Positions 33,039 through 43,435 of a stretch of DNA of 61,839 bases are shown here, one piece after another. Each line of letters begins with the position of its first letter. The stretch's first letter is position 1. The translations under genes were made by a program, and so were the position numbers. The notes below the pieces were generated by a model that was not told the DNA's origin, did no database searches, and saw nothing but the letters and a program-made list of their open reading frames with translations. Source of the DNA: a virus; the IMG/VR virus record IMGVR_UViG_3300029566_000017. One strand, written 5' to 3'.

Positions 33039-34817
33039 GTGCCAGCACGAGGAAATGTTAGCAATTTAAGGCCTGTCCGAAGCAAGGATGAAGCAAGAAA
33101 AAGAGGAACTGTTGGCGGCAAAAAATCCGGTGAAATAAGACGGGCAAAAAAAAACTTACAGCAGATAGCAAAAACCATACTTGAATCACAAGTACACGAT
33201 GATAAAGCAAAAAGCTTTTTACACGCTTTCGGCTTAGACGAGCAAGATCAAAACTATCAAGCCTTAATGATAGCGAAGTTGCTTAACAAAGCTTTAAAAG
33301 AAAGTGATGTTAATGCAATTCGCACTCTTGTTACATTGGCAGGAGCTGACGGAGGTATATTGTCGCTGGCGGAAGATGCAAGCGTTGAAACAATAGACGC
33401 TTACCAATCTATCTACATTCCAAATAACGGCAGAGATACATTTGAGCCGCTGTATCTAACTCCGCAACCAGGACCGCAAACAGCTTTTATGTGTTCTTCT
33501 GCTGATATAGTAATTTATGGTGGAGCAGCTGGCGGCGGAAAAACTTTTGCACTTCTCCTGGAAGGATTAAGGCATAAAGATATAGCAGGATTTAGCGGCG
33601 TTGTGTTTCGAAAAAATTATACTCAAATCACAGCTTCAGGCGGATTGTGGGATGCTGCTAACAAAATATATGGACAAGTGCAAGGAGCCAGACCTAAGAA
33701 AACGCCAAAACTACATTGGTTTTTTAGTCCTAGCGGAGCAAGAATTCATTTTGCGCATTTGGAGCGTGACGAAGATTTACAAGGCTGGCAAGGCTCAGAA
33801 ATTTGCTATCTAGCTTTTGACGAGCTGACGCATTTTAGCCGTCACCAATTCTTATATATGCTTTCTCGTAACCGTTCAACGTGCGGTATCCGTCCTTATG
33901 TAAGAGCGACGTGCAACCCGGACAGCGATAGTTGGGTAGCTGATTTTATTTCTTGGTGGATAAATCAAGATACAGGCTATCCAATCTACGAGCGTAGCGG
34001 TGTTGTGCGTTATATGTGCGTCCTGAATGATACGATTTATTGGGGAAGTAATCCGCATGAACTCGCAAAGGAACACGGCGTAAATGTTGAAGAATGCAAG
34101 TCGGTTACGTTTATAGCGTCTAAACTGACAGACAACAAAGTTTTAATGGCTAAAGACCCTTCGTATATGGCTAACCTTAAAGCTTTGGCAGAGATTGACA
34201 AAGAACGTCTTTTATATGGCAACTGGAAAATCCGTCCTGCTGCTGGTATGTACTTTAAAACAGAAAACTTCACCTTTGTTGATGCTGTACCGAAAAATAT
34301 CGTTGCTTATGCACGTTCCTGGGACTTGGCAGCAACAGAGCCTACGCCGCTTAACCCAGATCCTGATGCAACAGCAGGCGTGTTAATGGGACTGCTTGAC
34401 GATGGCAGAGTAATCGTCCTTGATGTAAAACGCAAGCAGATAAAGGCGAATGACGCTAGAAATCTTCTGCGTAACATGGCAGCAATAGACCAGGGCAAAT
34501 ACAAATTTGTACAAATCACGATACCGCAAGACCCAGGACAGGCAGGCAAGGCGCAAGCTCAAAGTCTTGTATCAATGCTTGCAGGATATTCGGTAGAGAT
34601 TGTATCGCCGACAGGCAGCAAAGAGGTTCGTGCTACTCCATTTGCTTCACAGGTGCAGGCAGGAAACGTCCTTATCCTTAAAGGTGAATGGAATGATATG
34701 TATCTGTCAGAACTTGAATCGTTCCCGGAAAGCAAGCATGATGATATGGTGGATGCGTCAAGTGATGCGTTTAACAAGCTCATGAACTCCCGCAGCTGGG
34801 GCGGCTTAACGAGCTAG
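33039..34817 (+). CDS. terL: Terminase large subunit with a roughly 100-aa basic N-terminal extension
   Basis: Walker A IYGGAAGGGKTF. C-terminal nuclease acidic residues. GTG start. The N-terminus, RPVRSKDEARKRGTVGGKKSGEIRR, resembles a TerS-like motif. Confidence 0.85.
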   Translation: MPARGNVSNLRPVRSKDEARKRGTVGGKKSGEIRRAKKNLQQIAKTILESQVHDDKAKSFLHAFGLDEQDQNYQALMIAKLLNKALKESDVNAIRTLVTLAGADGGILSLAEDASVETIDAYQSIYIPNNGRDTFEPLYLTPQPGPQTAFMCSSADIVIYGGAAGGGKTFALLLEGLRHKDIAGFSGVVFRKNYTQITASGGLWDAANKIYGQVQGARPKKTPKLHWFFSPSGARIHFAHLERDEDLQGWQGSEICYLAFDELTHFSRHQFLYMLSRNRSTCGIRPYVRATCNPDSDSWVADFISWWINQDTGYPIYERSGVVRYMCVLNDTIYWGSNPHELAKEHGVNVEECKSVTFIASKLTDNKVLMAKDPSYMANLKALAEIDKERLLYGNWKIRPAAGMYFKTENFTFVDAVPKNIVAYARSWDLAATEPTPLNPDPDATAGVLMGLLDDGRVIVLDVKRKQIKANDARNLLRNMAAIDQGKYKFVQITIPQDPGQAGKAQAQSLVSMLAGYSVEIVSPTGSKEVRATPFASQVQAGNVLILKGEWNDMYLSELESFPESKHDDMVDASSDAFNKLMNSRSWGGLTS

Positions 34818-34825
34818 GAGGAATA

Positions 34826-36154
34826 ATGGTAAAAAGAAAAGATAATTCAATTCGTGCAGACAGCGGATTTAAAGATGCTTTTATTGCACGTAAAGCTCGC
34901 AATTATGAAGGTCTGTTAAATGAGCGAAAACTCACAGACCAGGCTTTAGCTACAATGTACAGAAATGCTCTTGTGCGTAGAATTGTTACAATGGCTGCCG
35001 ATGATGCTATGAAGAATTTTATAGAAATCGAAGGCGATTCTGACGATTGTATCTTGCAGGAGCTTGAAACGCTGTTTGTGCAGGAAAAGCTTACAGAGGC
35101 TTTATATTGGGACAGACTGTTCGGTATGTCTTGTGCTCTTATCCTTGCTGACGATGGCCAGGAGTTAAGCGAGCCTATTAATATCAATCGTTTACGCAGG
35201 ATTAACGGATTAGAAGTTTTTGATAAGCGTGATATTTACCCGGACACAACTTCAATTTATCTTGATACAGATATTCGAGATGCGAACTTTGGTAAGCCGG
35301 AGTTTTACATGATTTCGCCACCAAACGGAAATCAGTTTAAAGTGCACAGAAGCAGACTGCTTATTTTTGACGGCGAAATGCTGCCGAAGATAGAGCGTGT
35401 TGCTAATAATGGTGCTGGCTTATCATGTATGGATGGTGTTCCGGCTGCGCTAAACCGTGTAAAAACTGCAATGAATAAAACAATCGACATAATGGACAAG
35501 GTTAGCACGTCGCTGTTAAAGCTTGAAGGTTTAAGCAATTTGCTGGCAAGAGAAGACGGCACGCAAGCTGTTATTCGGCGTTTAGAGCTGATAGACTACT
35601 CACGCAGAATTAATGGCAGTGTAGCCGTTGACAAGGAAGATGAATACGGCATTTTTAACATTCCGCTCACAGGCTTGACTGATATTATTCAAGAGTTTGA
35701 GCAGGCTTTATGTGCTGTTACCGGGTATCCTTTTACTGTTTTGTTTGGGCGTTCTCCAGCTGGCATGAACAGCACAGGCAAGAGTGACTTGCAGATTTAC
35801 TACGATACAGTCAGACGTATTCAACGCAGGAAAATTCGTCCTGCGTTAGAGTATCTTGTGAGACTTATTCAGCTTGCGAAAGAAGGGCCGACCAACGGCA
35901 AGGAACTTGAAAAGTGGAGCATTAAGTTTAAGGCAATCGAACCGCTAAATGATCTGGAGCAAGCCAATGTTGACAAGACACAGGCGGAAGTAAGAGCTGC
36001 CGTTGTTAAGCTTGTTTTTGACTTGGTTGATAATCAACTGTTAGACACAACGCAAGCACGCCAATACCTTAAAGAGCGTGGGGATATTCCAGTTACAGAA
36101 AGTGAGCTGGATTTAGATGATGAAGAAACAGAAGAAATCGATACGCTACCTTAA
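34826..36154 (+). CDS. Portal protein
   Basis: About 440 aa, immediately after terL. Acidic C-terminal tail. Confidence 0.6.
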   Translation: MVKRKDNSIRADSGFKDAFIARKARNYEGLLNERKLTDQALATMYRNALVRRIVTMAADDAMKNFIEIEGDSDDCILQELETLFVQEKLTEALYWDRLFGMSCALILADDGQELSEPININRLRRINGLEVFDKRDIYPDTTSIYLDTDIRDANFGKPEFYMISPPNGNQFKVHRSRLLIFDGEMLPKIERVANNGAGLSCMDGVPAALNRVKTAMNKTIDIMDKVSTSLLKLEGLSNLLAREDGTQAVIRRLELIDYSRRINGSVAVDKEDEYGIFNIPLTGLTDIIQEFEQALCAVTGYPFTVLFGRSPAGMNSTGKSDLQIYYDTVRRIQRRKIRPALEYLVRLIQLAKEGPTNGKELEKWSIKFKAIEPLNDLEQANVDKTQAEVRAAVVKLVFDLVDNQLLDTTQARQYLKERGDIPVTESELDLDDEETEEIDTLP

Positions 36155-36995
36155 AGTAAAGAAGCGTCCGAAATATCCAAAGAATTTTGAGCGTGATTAT
36201 TATCGCGTCCTCAGAGCCGTTGTAAGACGTTTAAAAAGTGCCACGAACAACAATATACCTATGCTGGCATATTCGTTGCGCCAGGACGATGATAGCACCG
36301 TTACGGATGCTTTCGTTCAGGCGATACTTGTCGAGCTTTTAAAGAGCATGACTATCGAGGATGCTATAAGCGAATTAGAGCTTATTCTTGCTGGCGTGTC
36401 CAGCGTTGTCGATGCTAATGTTATTAGTGCTTTTGCAGAAGCAGTCAGCGTTGATGTGTTTCTGAATGATTCAGCCTTACTTGATACAGTAAAAGCAGAA
36501 TGGAAAGCGCAGCAGAGCAGGCTTGTGGACAGCATAGTAAATACCTACATCGAAAAACTGCAAATTATTGTTAGCAATGCTGTTCAGCGTGGCACTGCTA
36601 TGAGTGAAGTTAAAGAAGAAATTAAGGTGCTGCTTAATACTACCGACAAGCGGGCGAAATTTATCGCAAGGAACGAGGTAGGCAATCTGAACGGCATTAT
36701 AACAATGCGTAGGCAGGTTGATTGCGGTATAAGCGTGTACCAATGGTCATCGTCACATGATGAACGTGTAAGACCTTCTCATGCTGAGATGGATGGGAAA
36801 TACTTCTATTGGAACAGCGACAAGGTTGGTGAAATTAACGGCATCAAGGTTTATCCTTCTCCGAAATATCATCCGTGTATGGATTATAACTGCCGTTGCG
36901 TAGCATTACCTGTTATTGACCTGGAGCAATGGAACATGACAACAGCAGTTCCAATGGGTAGGGTGGATGTAAAGAAAAGTAAAGAATTAAGTTAG
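36117..36995 (+). CDS. Head morphogenesis protein (SPP1 gp7 / Mu F-like)
   Basis: Motif RPSHAEMDGKYF is the family signature. Confidence 0.75.
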   Translation: MMKKQKKSIRYLKVKKRPKYPKNFERDYYRVLRAVVRRLKSATNNNIPMLAYSLRQDDDSTVTDAFVQAILVELLKSMTIEDAISELELILAGVSSVVDANVISAFAEAVSVDVFLNDSALLDTVKAEWKAQQSRLVDSIVNTYIEKLQIIVSNAVQRGTAMSEVKEEIKVLLNTTDKRAKFIARNEVGNLNGIITMRRQVDCGISVYQWSSSHDERVRPSHAEMDGKYFYWNSDKVGEINGIKVYPSPKYHPCMDYNCRCVALPVIDLEQWNMTTAVPMGRVDVKKSKELS

Positions 36996-37002
36996 AAGGC
37001 AT

Positions 37003-37031
37003 ATGTAATTTGTCGCATATGCTTTTTATAT
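37003..37031. terminator. Hairpin GCATATG...CATATGC followed by TTTTT
   Basis: Seen directly. Confidence 0.5.
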
Positions 37032-37047
37032 ACCCCAAAATAAGGAG

Positions 37048-38214
37048 GTGAATTTTTTGGGAAGTGTACAACGATATGAACGCATTGATTCATGGATGTT
37101 TGTTAGCGGTGCAGTTACTGACGCTGACGGCTTCTTGCGTGATTCTCCGATTGTGGCACGTACTGGCATCTATATCTACCAACAGCCAGACGGGACTATT
37201 AGACGAGAGTACAGACCGCCGGAGGAAGTATTTGACACTGACAGTGAAGCAAGTTTTGTCGGCAAGCCTATTGTGGTAGGACATCCTGCCAGCGGTATTG
37301 TAAACAGTGATACCGCACAAGATTTAGCCATTGGCACGATTTTGTCCAGCGGTTATCCGAAGGACGAAACAAACATTGCCTGTGACATTGTTATCCATAA
37401 TCCCTCTGCTATCGGCGAAAAGCGTGGCTTGTCTTTAGGTTACAGAGTAGATGTTGAAGAAACGCCAGGCACTACACCGGACGGACAGCAATATGATGCT
37501 ATCCAACGTAACATTCGTATCAATCATTTAGCCGTTGTTGATAGGGCACGTGCCGGAGCAAAAGCACGGCTTAATCTTGACGGTGACGAAATTATCGAAG
37601 GAGTAGAAACGAAAATGAAAATTAAAATTGATTCTGTTGATTTTGAAGTTGACGAAAAAATTGCCAACTACGTCAACTCTTTGCAAAGCAAAGAAGAAAA
37701 CGCTCGTGTAAAGCTTGATACTGCTAACACTGAGCTTAAAACTGTAAAAGAACAAAATACCACTCTTAAAGCTGATGCTGACGCTTTGAAAGCTAAAGCT
37801 GATGCAATGACCGCAGAGCGTGATGCTTTGAAAGCTAAAGTTGATGCTGCTGACGCTGAAAAAGAGAAAGCTGTAAAAGAAGCTGTTGAAGCTGTAAAGG
37901 CTGATATGCAGGAACGTGCGGAGTTGGAAGAAACCGCTAAAATTGCAAAGGTTGAAAAAACCGATGGCTTGACCAACGCTGAGTTGAAAGCTGGCATTGT
38001 TAAAGCTGCTTTCGGCGAAAAATTTAAACTTGACGGTGCATCTGATGCTTATCTTGACGGTGCATATTCTGCTGCGAAAGAGATGCTTCGCAATGATAAC
38101 GCAAAAAATCAAGCCTTAAAAGCTAAAGGCGGTGCTGAAAAGCAAGAAACTAAGAATGATTCTGCTAACGATGCACGTAGCCGCATGATTGCACGTATGC
38201 GTGGCGAAGAATAA
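37048..38214 (+). CDS. Scaffolding protein (DUF2213-like N-terminal domain plus an Ala/Lys-rich coiled coil)
   Basis: Non-ATG start after RBS AAGGAGGTG. The C-terminal half is a repetitive coiled coil (LKAKADA...). Confidence 0.6.
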   Translation: MNFLGSVQRYERIDSWMFVSGAVTDADGFLRDSPIVARTGIYIYQQPDGTIRREYRPPEEVFDTDSEASFVGKPIVVGHPASGIVNSDTAQDLAIGTILSSGYPKDETNIACDIVIHNPSAIGEKRGLSLGYRVDVEETPGTTPDGQQYDAIQRNIRINHLAVVDRARAGAKARLNLDGDEIIEGVETKMKIKIDSVDFEVDEKIANYVNSLQSKEENARVKLDTANTELKTVKEQNTTLKADADALKAKADAMTAERDALKAKVDAADAEKEKAVKEAVEAVKADMQERAELEETAKIAKVEKTDGLTNAELKAGIVKAAFGEKFKLDGASDAYLDGAYSAAKEMLRNDNAKNQALKAKGGAEKQETKNDSANDARSRMIARMRGEE

Positions 38215-38231
38215 AGAAAGAGGTGAATACA

Positions 38232-38699
38232 ATGGCAATTACTAATTATGCATTAACCATGGAAAAATCTTTTGCTGGTGCGCTGTATGACTTGTCCTCT
38301 CATACCGTGGATTCCTTTGCTGTTGAAGAAGCTGATGGTATTGGTGTTGCTTGCGCTGTTATCCGTGGCACTGACGCAGAACATCAAGTGAAATCTCCGT
38401 CCGCATCCGGCGACGGTGCGAAAGTTATCGGCGTAACTCTGCATACTCATATTGAGCCGCCTGAAGCTGGCAAGAAGTATTATCCGCAAAACTACACTGT
38501 TCCTGTTGTAACTAAAGGTCGTGTATGGGTAACTACCGGAGGTGCGGTTAACGCAGGTGATGAAGCGCATCTGAAGCTTGCTGACGGCACTTTTGTTAAA
38601 GATGCTGTTGCTGCTGGCACCATTGAAGCTCTTGGCTGCGGTGCTAAATTTATTACTTCCTGCGATAAAGCAGGCTTGGCAGTTATTGAAATTGGTTGA
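38232..38699 (+). CDS. Head decoration or DUF2190-like protein
   Basis: About 155 aa, Gly/Ala/Val-rich, between the scaffold and the capsid gene. RBS AAGAGGTGA. Confidence 0.5.
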   Translation: MAITNYALTMEKSFAGALYDLSSHTVDSFAVEEADGIGVACAVIRGTDAEHQVKSPSASGDGAKVIGVTLHTHIEPPEAGKKYYPQNYTVPVVTKGRVWVTTGGAVNAGDEAHLKLADGTFVKDAVAAGTIEALGCGAKFITSCDKAGLAVIEIG

Positions 38700-38724
38700 T
38701 TAAAAAAGAAGAGGTGAAATAGTA

Positions 38725-39690
38725 ATGACTCAAATGCACTATGATGAATTAGACTTGAATGTTATTGAGCGTTGCGACGGCTTGCGCAAAGACGCAGGCG
38801 ATACCATTTTTGTTGCAAAAGAACTCGAAGCTGTAAAGGCAAAAACCTATGATCAGAAATTTGCTAATCTTAATGCGCTGAAACTGTTTGATATGTCCTC
38901 TGACGTTGACCCCGGCGCTGACACTATCAGCTATCAGTCCTTGGGTTCTGTCGGCATGGCAAAGACTATCGCCAACTATGCAACCGACTTTACTCGTGTA
39001 GATGTACTGGCCGAAGAACACATTGCTAAAGTTATTGCTGGCGGTGCAGCATACGGCTACACCATGCAGGACTTGCGCCGTGCTGCTATGGCAAGAAAAC
39101 CGCTGACCGCTCGCAAAGCTATTGCTGTTCGCCGTGCTCTCGACGAATATATTAACCGCATTGCTTTTCATGGTGATGCAAAATATGGCGTTGTCGGTAT
39201 CCTGGATAATCCGAACATCGGCAACTATACCGTTCCTAGTGACGGCTCCGGTTCTTCTACTAAATTCAAAGATAAAACCGCTGTTCAGATTCTGCGTGAT
39301 ATGAATGGCATTATTAATTCTGTTAGCAAGCAGACTAATGACGTAGAAAATCCTAATACCTTGGTACTGCCGCCGGATCAATACAACTACATTGCTTCCA
39401 CACCTTATTCTGATGTAGTCGCAGATTCCATCCTGTCTGTGTTTAAACGCAATAACCCGGATGTAACTGTATTGAAAGCCAATGAGCTGGCTGGCGCAGG
39501 TGTAGGCGGCTTGGATATGATGATTGCATACGTTAAGGACGCAGACCATCAGACCCTGGAAGTTCCTTTGCCGTTTACTCAGCACACTATTCAGCAAAAA
39601 GGCTTGGAATTTGAAGTTCCTTGCGAGGTTCGTACCGCTGGCGTGTTGATTTACTATCCGCTGTCCATGAACAAAGCTTCTGGCATCTAA
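38725..39690 (+). CDS. Major capsid protein
   Basis: About 320 aa. RBS AAGAGGTGAAA. A strong terminator follows. The position is canonical. Confidence 0.7.
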   Translation: MTQMHYDELDLNVIERCDGLRKDAGDTIFVAKELEAVKAKTYDQKFANLNALKLFDMSSDVDPGADTISYQSLGSVGMAKTIANYATDFTRVDVLAEEHIAKVIAGGAAYGYTMQDLRRAAMARKPLTARKAIAVRRALDEYINRIAFHGDAKYGVVGILDNPNIGNYTVPSDGSGSSTKFKDKTAVQILRDMNGIINSVSKQTNDVENPNTLVLPPDQYNYIASTPYSDVVADSILSVFKRNNPDVTVLKANELAGAGVGGLDMMIAYVKDADHQTLEVPLPFTQHTIQQKGLEFEVPCEVRTAGVLIYYPLSMNKASGI

Positions 39691-39698
39691 TCTGACCA

Positions 39699-39738
39699 TA
39701 TACTGCCCTTTCGCATGAGAGGGCATTTTCTTTTTTAG
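39699..39738. terminator. Rho-independent terminator (GCCCTTTCGCATGAGAGGGCATTTTCTTTTTT)
   Basis: Stem GCCCT/AGGGC followed by a T-run. Confidence 0.65.
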
Positions 39739-39749
39739 GAGGAAAGTGA

Positions 39750-40094
39750 ATGAAAGTTAAAAACATCTCTAAAGCTGTAATTAATATCGACGGCAAATAT
39801 ATTATGCCTGATCAGTGTGGCATCGTTGGTGATGAATGGGGCGAAAATCTTATTGTAAAAGCTTATATCAAAGAACAAATGATTACTGTCGAGAAAGGCA
39901 ATGCCAAAGAAGCAAATGTTGATGATATGACAGCAGACCTTGCAGGACTTTCCGCTGAATCTAGCAAGCGTTCTTTGACTGCTTTCGCTAAGAAATACAA
40001 TATTAATGTAGAGGGCGCAGAAACCGCTGAAGATATTTATTCCGTTATTTTTGCTTTTGTAAACATGGCAAAGAAAAATGTTAACGGAAACTAA
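39750..40094 (+). CDS. Hypothetical head-tail protein
   Basis: RBS GGAGGAAAG. Confidence 0.5.
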   Translation: MKVKNISKAVINIDGKYIMPDQCGIVGDEWGENLIVKAYIKEQMITVEKGNAKEANVDDMTADLAGLSAESSKRSLTAFAKKYNINVEGAETAEDIYSVIFAFVNMAKKNVNGN

Positions 40095-40476
40095 AGATAA
40101 AATAAAGCAAGCTTTTTCTGTTATCTGCCCCGAACTGATTCTTACTGATGAAGAATTAGAAGTCTACATTAATCTTGTTTCGCCTATGCTGTCAGAAAGT
40201 GTTTTTGGCAATATGTATATAACAGCATTTGTTTATCTCATGGCGCATCACGTTGTCCTGCGTCAGCTTATTGCGCAGTATGGAGAAAACGGCTCATCTG
40301 ATGTTGGGATTACAGGCTCTGTAACGTCGGAAAAAGAAGGTGACTTGCAACGTTCATATGGTGACAAGTCAGCTTCTTTCGATATGTTGGACAAGACGTA
40401 CTATGGCATTGAATTTAAACGTCTGCGCTCTATGTGCGTTGTTCCGATAGTAACAAGATTGGATAATGCGTTATGA
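40078..40476 (+). CDS. Head-tail connector or adaptor-like protein
   Basis: Assigned by position. Confidence 0.45.
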   Translation: MLTETKDKIKQAFSVICPELILTDEELEVYINLVSPMLSESVFGNMYITAFVYLMAHHVVLRQLIAQYGENGSSDVGITGSVTSEKEGDLQRSYGDKSASFDMLDKTYYGIEFKRLRSMCVVPIVTRLDNAL

Positions 40477-40967
40477 GTAGAGTAGAGGATAAAGATTTAG
40501 GTTTAAATCGTATCATACGAACGCTAAACAAAGACCTTGACGGCGTTGTGGTTAAGGTTGGTGTACAAGCTAAAGACAAAGCTGTACGGCGAGGGAAAGG
40601 TGGAAGCATTCGTAACACAGACCAGCCGTTGGCTGTTATTGCGGCGATACATGAATTTGGGCTGGGCGATATGCCCCAACGTTCTTTCCTGCGTTCTGCA
40701 TATGATGAAAATCTGCCCGTGATTGACAAAATGATTCAACGTGTTGCCAATGGTGCTGTATTTGGATTAGGAACAAACGCTGCTCTTAATCAGTTGGGCA
40801 ATGTTGTGCAAGGTATGGTTCAAAGAAAAATTGTCGACGGACCATTTACTCCGAACTCTCCTGCGACAATAAAGCGCAAAAAAAGCTCCAGACCATTAAT
40901 CGATACCGGGCATCTGCGACAATCAATCCGCTATGTCATTGAAAGAAAAGGTGGTAATCATGAGTAG
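40473..40967 (+). CDS. Virion morphogenesis / head-tail joining protein
   Basis: Assigned by position. Ends with LIDTGHLRQSI. Confidence 0.45.
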   Translation: MSRVEDKDLGLNRIIRTLNKDLDGVVVKVGVQAKDKAVRRGKGGSIRNTDQPLAVIAAIHEFGLGDMPQRSFLRSAYDENLPVIDKMIQRVANGAVFGLGTNAALNQLGNVVQGMVQRKIVDGPFTPNSPATIKRKKSSRPLIDTGHLRQSIRYVIERKGGNHE

Positions 40968-41307
40968 TTTTCGCAAGCTGATAACTGTCCTGCGTTACAA
41001 CGGCAGTCCCGAACTGCTTGCCAACGGAACCTATATGTATCCTACACCACAAGAATTTAAAGTGTTAGCCAGTGTGCAGCCGCTTAAAGCTAATGAAATG
41101 ATGTTACTTCCTGAAGGTAGCAGGACGGCTAGAGCGGTAAAAGTCTATACCGACAAGGAACTTTATGTTGATGACCAACGAACAAATACAATGGCTGACC
41201 GCTTTAAATGGCGTGAAAAGCTTTTTGAAGTAGTTGCCAGCGATATTTTTCAAAGTGATGTTATTAACCATTACCGTGCATATGCAGTAGAGGTGAGCGA
41301 ATTTTGA
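40960..41307 (+). CDS. Hypothetical tail-associated protein
   Basis: RBS AAAGGTGGT. Confidence 0.45.
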   Translation: MSSFRKLITVLRYNGSPELLANGTYMYPTPQEFKVLASVQPLKANEMMLLPEGSRTARAVKVYTDKELYVDDQRTNTMADRFKWREKLFEVVASDIFQSDVINHYRAYAVEVSEF

Positions 41308-41873
41308 AAGAAGCTAATACTCGTACTGACGTATTGAATTTTTTTATTTCAGTATTGCAAAAAATATATTATCCGATTCCGATTCGCAGAGCAAAAATGA
41401 AACCTCCGGCGGTGAGTGAACTAAATATTGTCGTTGACCTTCTGTCTGAACGCAGTATAGGTAACGAGGTTGTGTTTTTAGCTGAAACAGAACAGTACAG
41501 CAATGCAGGTATCGTTGAAGCTACGTTAAACATACAAGCTCTTGGCGATGGTGCTGTTGAACTTCTGTCGAAGCTTAAACTTTACCTTGAAATGCCTGAT
41601 ATGATTAATCTGTATGATTCTGCAAATGTGGCTATAAACAGTGTCGAGCAAGTGCAAGACATTACAACCTTATTGGATGGCAGAACGTGGCAGAAACGAG
41701 CATCGGTTGATTTGACTGTTTCGTACTGCCGTGAGCTGCTTAACCAGGGGGCAGAATGGTTCAACAAATTAGAAATAAACGGCACTACGAATAACGGCAA
41801 GGATAACAACGAACATCCTGCTGACGGCGATACCATTGTAAAAGTTGAAATCATGGGAGAATTAGAAAATTAA
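41304..41873 (+). CDS. Hypothetical tail-associated protein
   Basis: ORF. Confidence 0.45.
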   Translation: MKEANTRTDVLNFFISVLQKIYYPIPIRRAKMKPPAVSELNIVVDLLSERSIGNEVVFLAETEQYSNAGIVEATLNIQALGDGAVELLSKLKLYLEMPDMINLYDSANVAINSVEQVQDITTLLDGRTWQKRASVDLTVSYCRELLNQGAEWFNKLEINGTTNNGKDNNEHPADGDTIVKVEIMGELEN

Positions 41874-41885
41874 GGAGATGAAAAT

Positions 41886-42968
41886 ATGGCAAATATCGAC
41901 AGATTAGTCAATGTGCAGATTGCTTTAAACACCACAGGTATTTCGTCCAATGGCTTTAATACACTTATGATTGTATCTGCACATGAGCACGCTGCTCCGG
42001 CGTATGTATTGACCATTACGGACGCTGACCAGCTTTTAGATTTAGGTTGGAATGCTGAGGATGCTGTGTATAAAGCTGCATTACAGGCTTTCAGCCAGAT
42101 TCCGCATTATGAAAAGGTTAAAATCGGCAGAATGAACTCTGATAGCTCCGTTGCTGATAATATGAATAAGATTTGTGCTGCTGACAATGATTGGTATGGC
42201 TTGTGCTATGCTGACCGCACATCTGCCAAAATTATGGAAATGGCAGAATGGGTTGAAGCTCATACAAAACTGTATGGCACATCTGTTGCCGAAGCTGATG
42301 CATTGCAAGCTGGCGTTGCAACAGATACAGGCAGCAAACTGAAAGCGAAAAATTATTATCGCACTTTTATTTTTTATCATAAGGAAGCAGAAAAGGAATT
42401 TCCTGAAGCCGCTGTAATGTCCAGATGCTTTACTGTATATCCCGGTGGTGAAACATGGGCAAATAAAAAGCTTTCCGGCATTACAAACGATGATTTAACC
42501 GAAACAGAATATCTTGCATTGACTGCCAAAAACTACAACACCTTTGAAAACTTCTCGGAGAATGTCAGCATTACTCAAAATGGCAAGACTTGTGCTGGTG
42601 AATGGATTGACGTTATCCGTTTCCGTGACTGGCTCGTCGAAACTATTAAAACCGAAGAATTTGCAATGCTTATTAATCGTGAGAAATTGCCGTACACTGA
42701 TGCTGGCATTGCGCTTGTCGAAGGTGTGCTGAACAAAGTGTTAAAGCTTGGTCAAGACCGTGGCGGTATCGCTCCGACTGAATATGATGATGGCAATAGA
42801 AATCTTGGCTACACCATTACAGTTCCTAAAGCTGCTAATATTAGCGCAAACAAGAAAGCGCAAAGAGTTCTTGACGATGTAAAGTTTACTGCTCGTCTGG
42901 CAGGTGCTATCCATGCTGTCAACATTAAAGGTTCTTTGACATATGAGAATCTTATTCAGAAAGCTTAA
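41886..42968 (+). CDS. Putative tail sheath protein (DUF3383-like)
   Basis: 360 aa, directly upstream of a tube-sized protein. Assigned from size and position. Confidence 0.45.
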   Translation: MANIDRLVNVQIALNTTGISSNGFNTLMIVSAHEHAAPAYVLTITDADQLLDLGWNAEDAVYKAALQAFSQIPHYEKVKIGRMNSDSSVADNMNKICAADNDWYGLCYADRTSAKIMEMAEWVEAHTKLYGTSVAEADALQAGVATDTGSKLKAKNYYRTFIFYHKEAEKEFPEAAVMSRCFTVYPGGETWANKKLSGITNDDLTETEYLALTAKNYNTFENFSENVSITQNGKTCAGEWIDVIRFRDWLVETIKTEEFAMLINREKLPYTDAGIALVEGVLNKVLKLGQDRGGIAPTEYDDGNRNLGYTITVPKAANISANKKAQRVLDDVKFTARLAGAIHAVNIKGSLTYENLIQKA

Positions 42969-42981
42969 AGGAGGGTAACAA

Positions 42982-43425
42982 ATGGCAAGAGTAAAAACAT
43001 ACGACCCGAAGAAAGTTAAGGTACTGTTCGGCTCTCTTATCTTAACAGGCGTTGACGAAGGTACTTTTATTAATATCGAAACGCAAGGTGACGGAATTTC
43101 CGCTATTGTCGGCTGTGACCAGGAAATTGTCCGCAGTATTGACCCGTCCTCTGTCTTAAAGCAAATCACTGTTACTCTGTTGCAGTCCAGCTCCAGCAAT
43201 GCAGCATTAAGCTTGATTCAAGATGCAGACAATCAAAACGGCGCTGGCTTGCTGCCGTTAACTATTAAAGATTTGAGCGGTGACAGCGTTATGGTTAGTG
43301 ATCAGGCATGGATTGTCAAGAAACCTAATTTCCAACGTGGTAAATCTGCTTCTGACGGAAAATGTGAGTGGGTTTTTATGGCTGTTGTTCCCGATGAAGC
43401 ATTTTTAGTTGGCGGTCACAGCTAA
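42982..43425 (+). CDS. Putative tail tube protein
   Basis: 147 aa, beta-rich, following the sheath candidate. Confidence 0.45.
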   Translation: MARVKTYDPKKVKVLFGSLILTGVDEGTFINIETQGDGISAIVGCDQEIVRSIDPSSVLKQITVTLLQSSSSNAALSLIQDADNQNGAGLLPLTIKDLSGDSVMVSDQAWIVKKPNFQRGKSASDGKCEWVFMAVVPDEAFLVGGHS

Positions 43426-43435
43426 GAGGTAAAAA

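Noticed and set aside
38749-39726. A 325-aa ORF on the minus strand, antisense to the major capsid gene. Similar long antisense ORFs occur at 726-1301, 37528-38112 and 40430-40729.
   Set aside because: These are shadow ORFs, antisense to strongly coding, RBS-preceded plus-strand genes. They have no RBS, and their composition follows from the complementary codon pattern.
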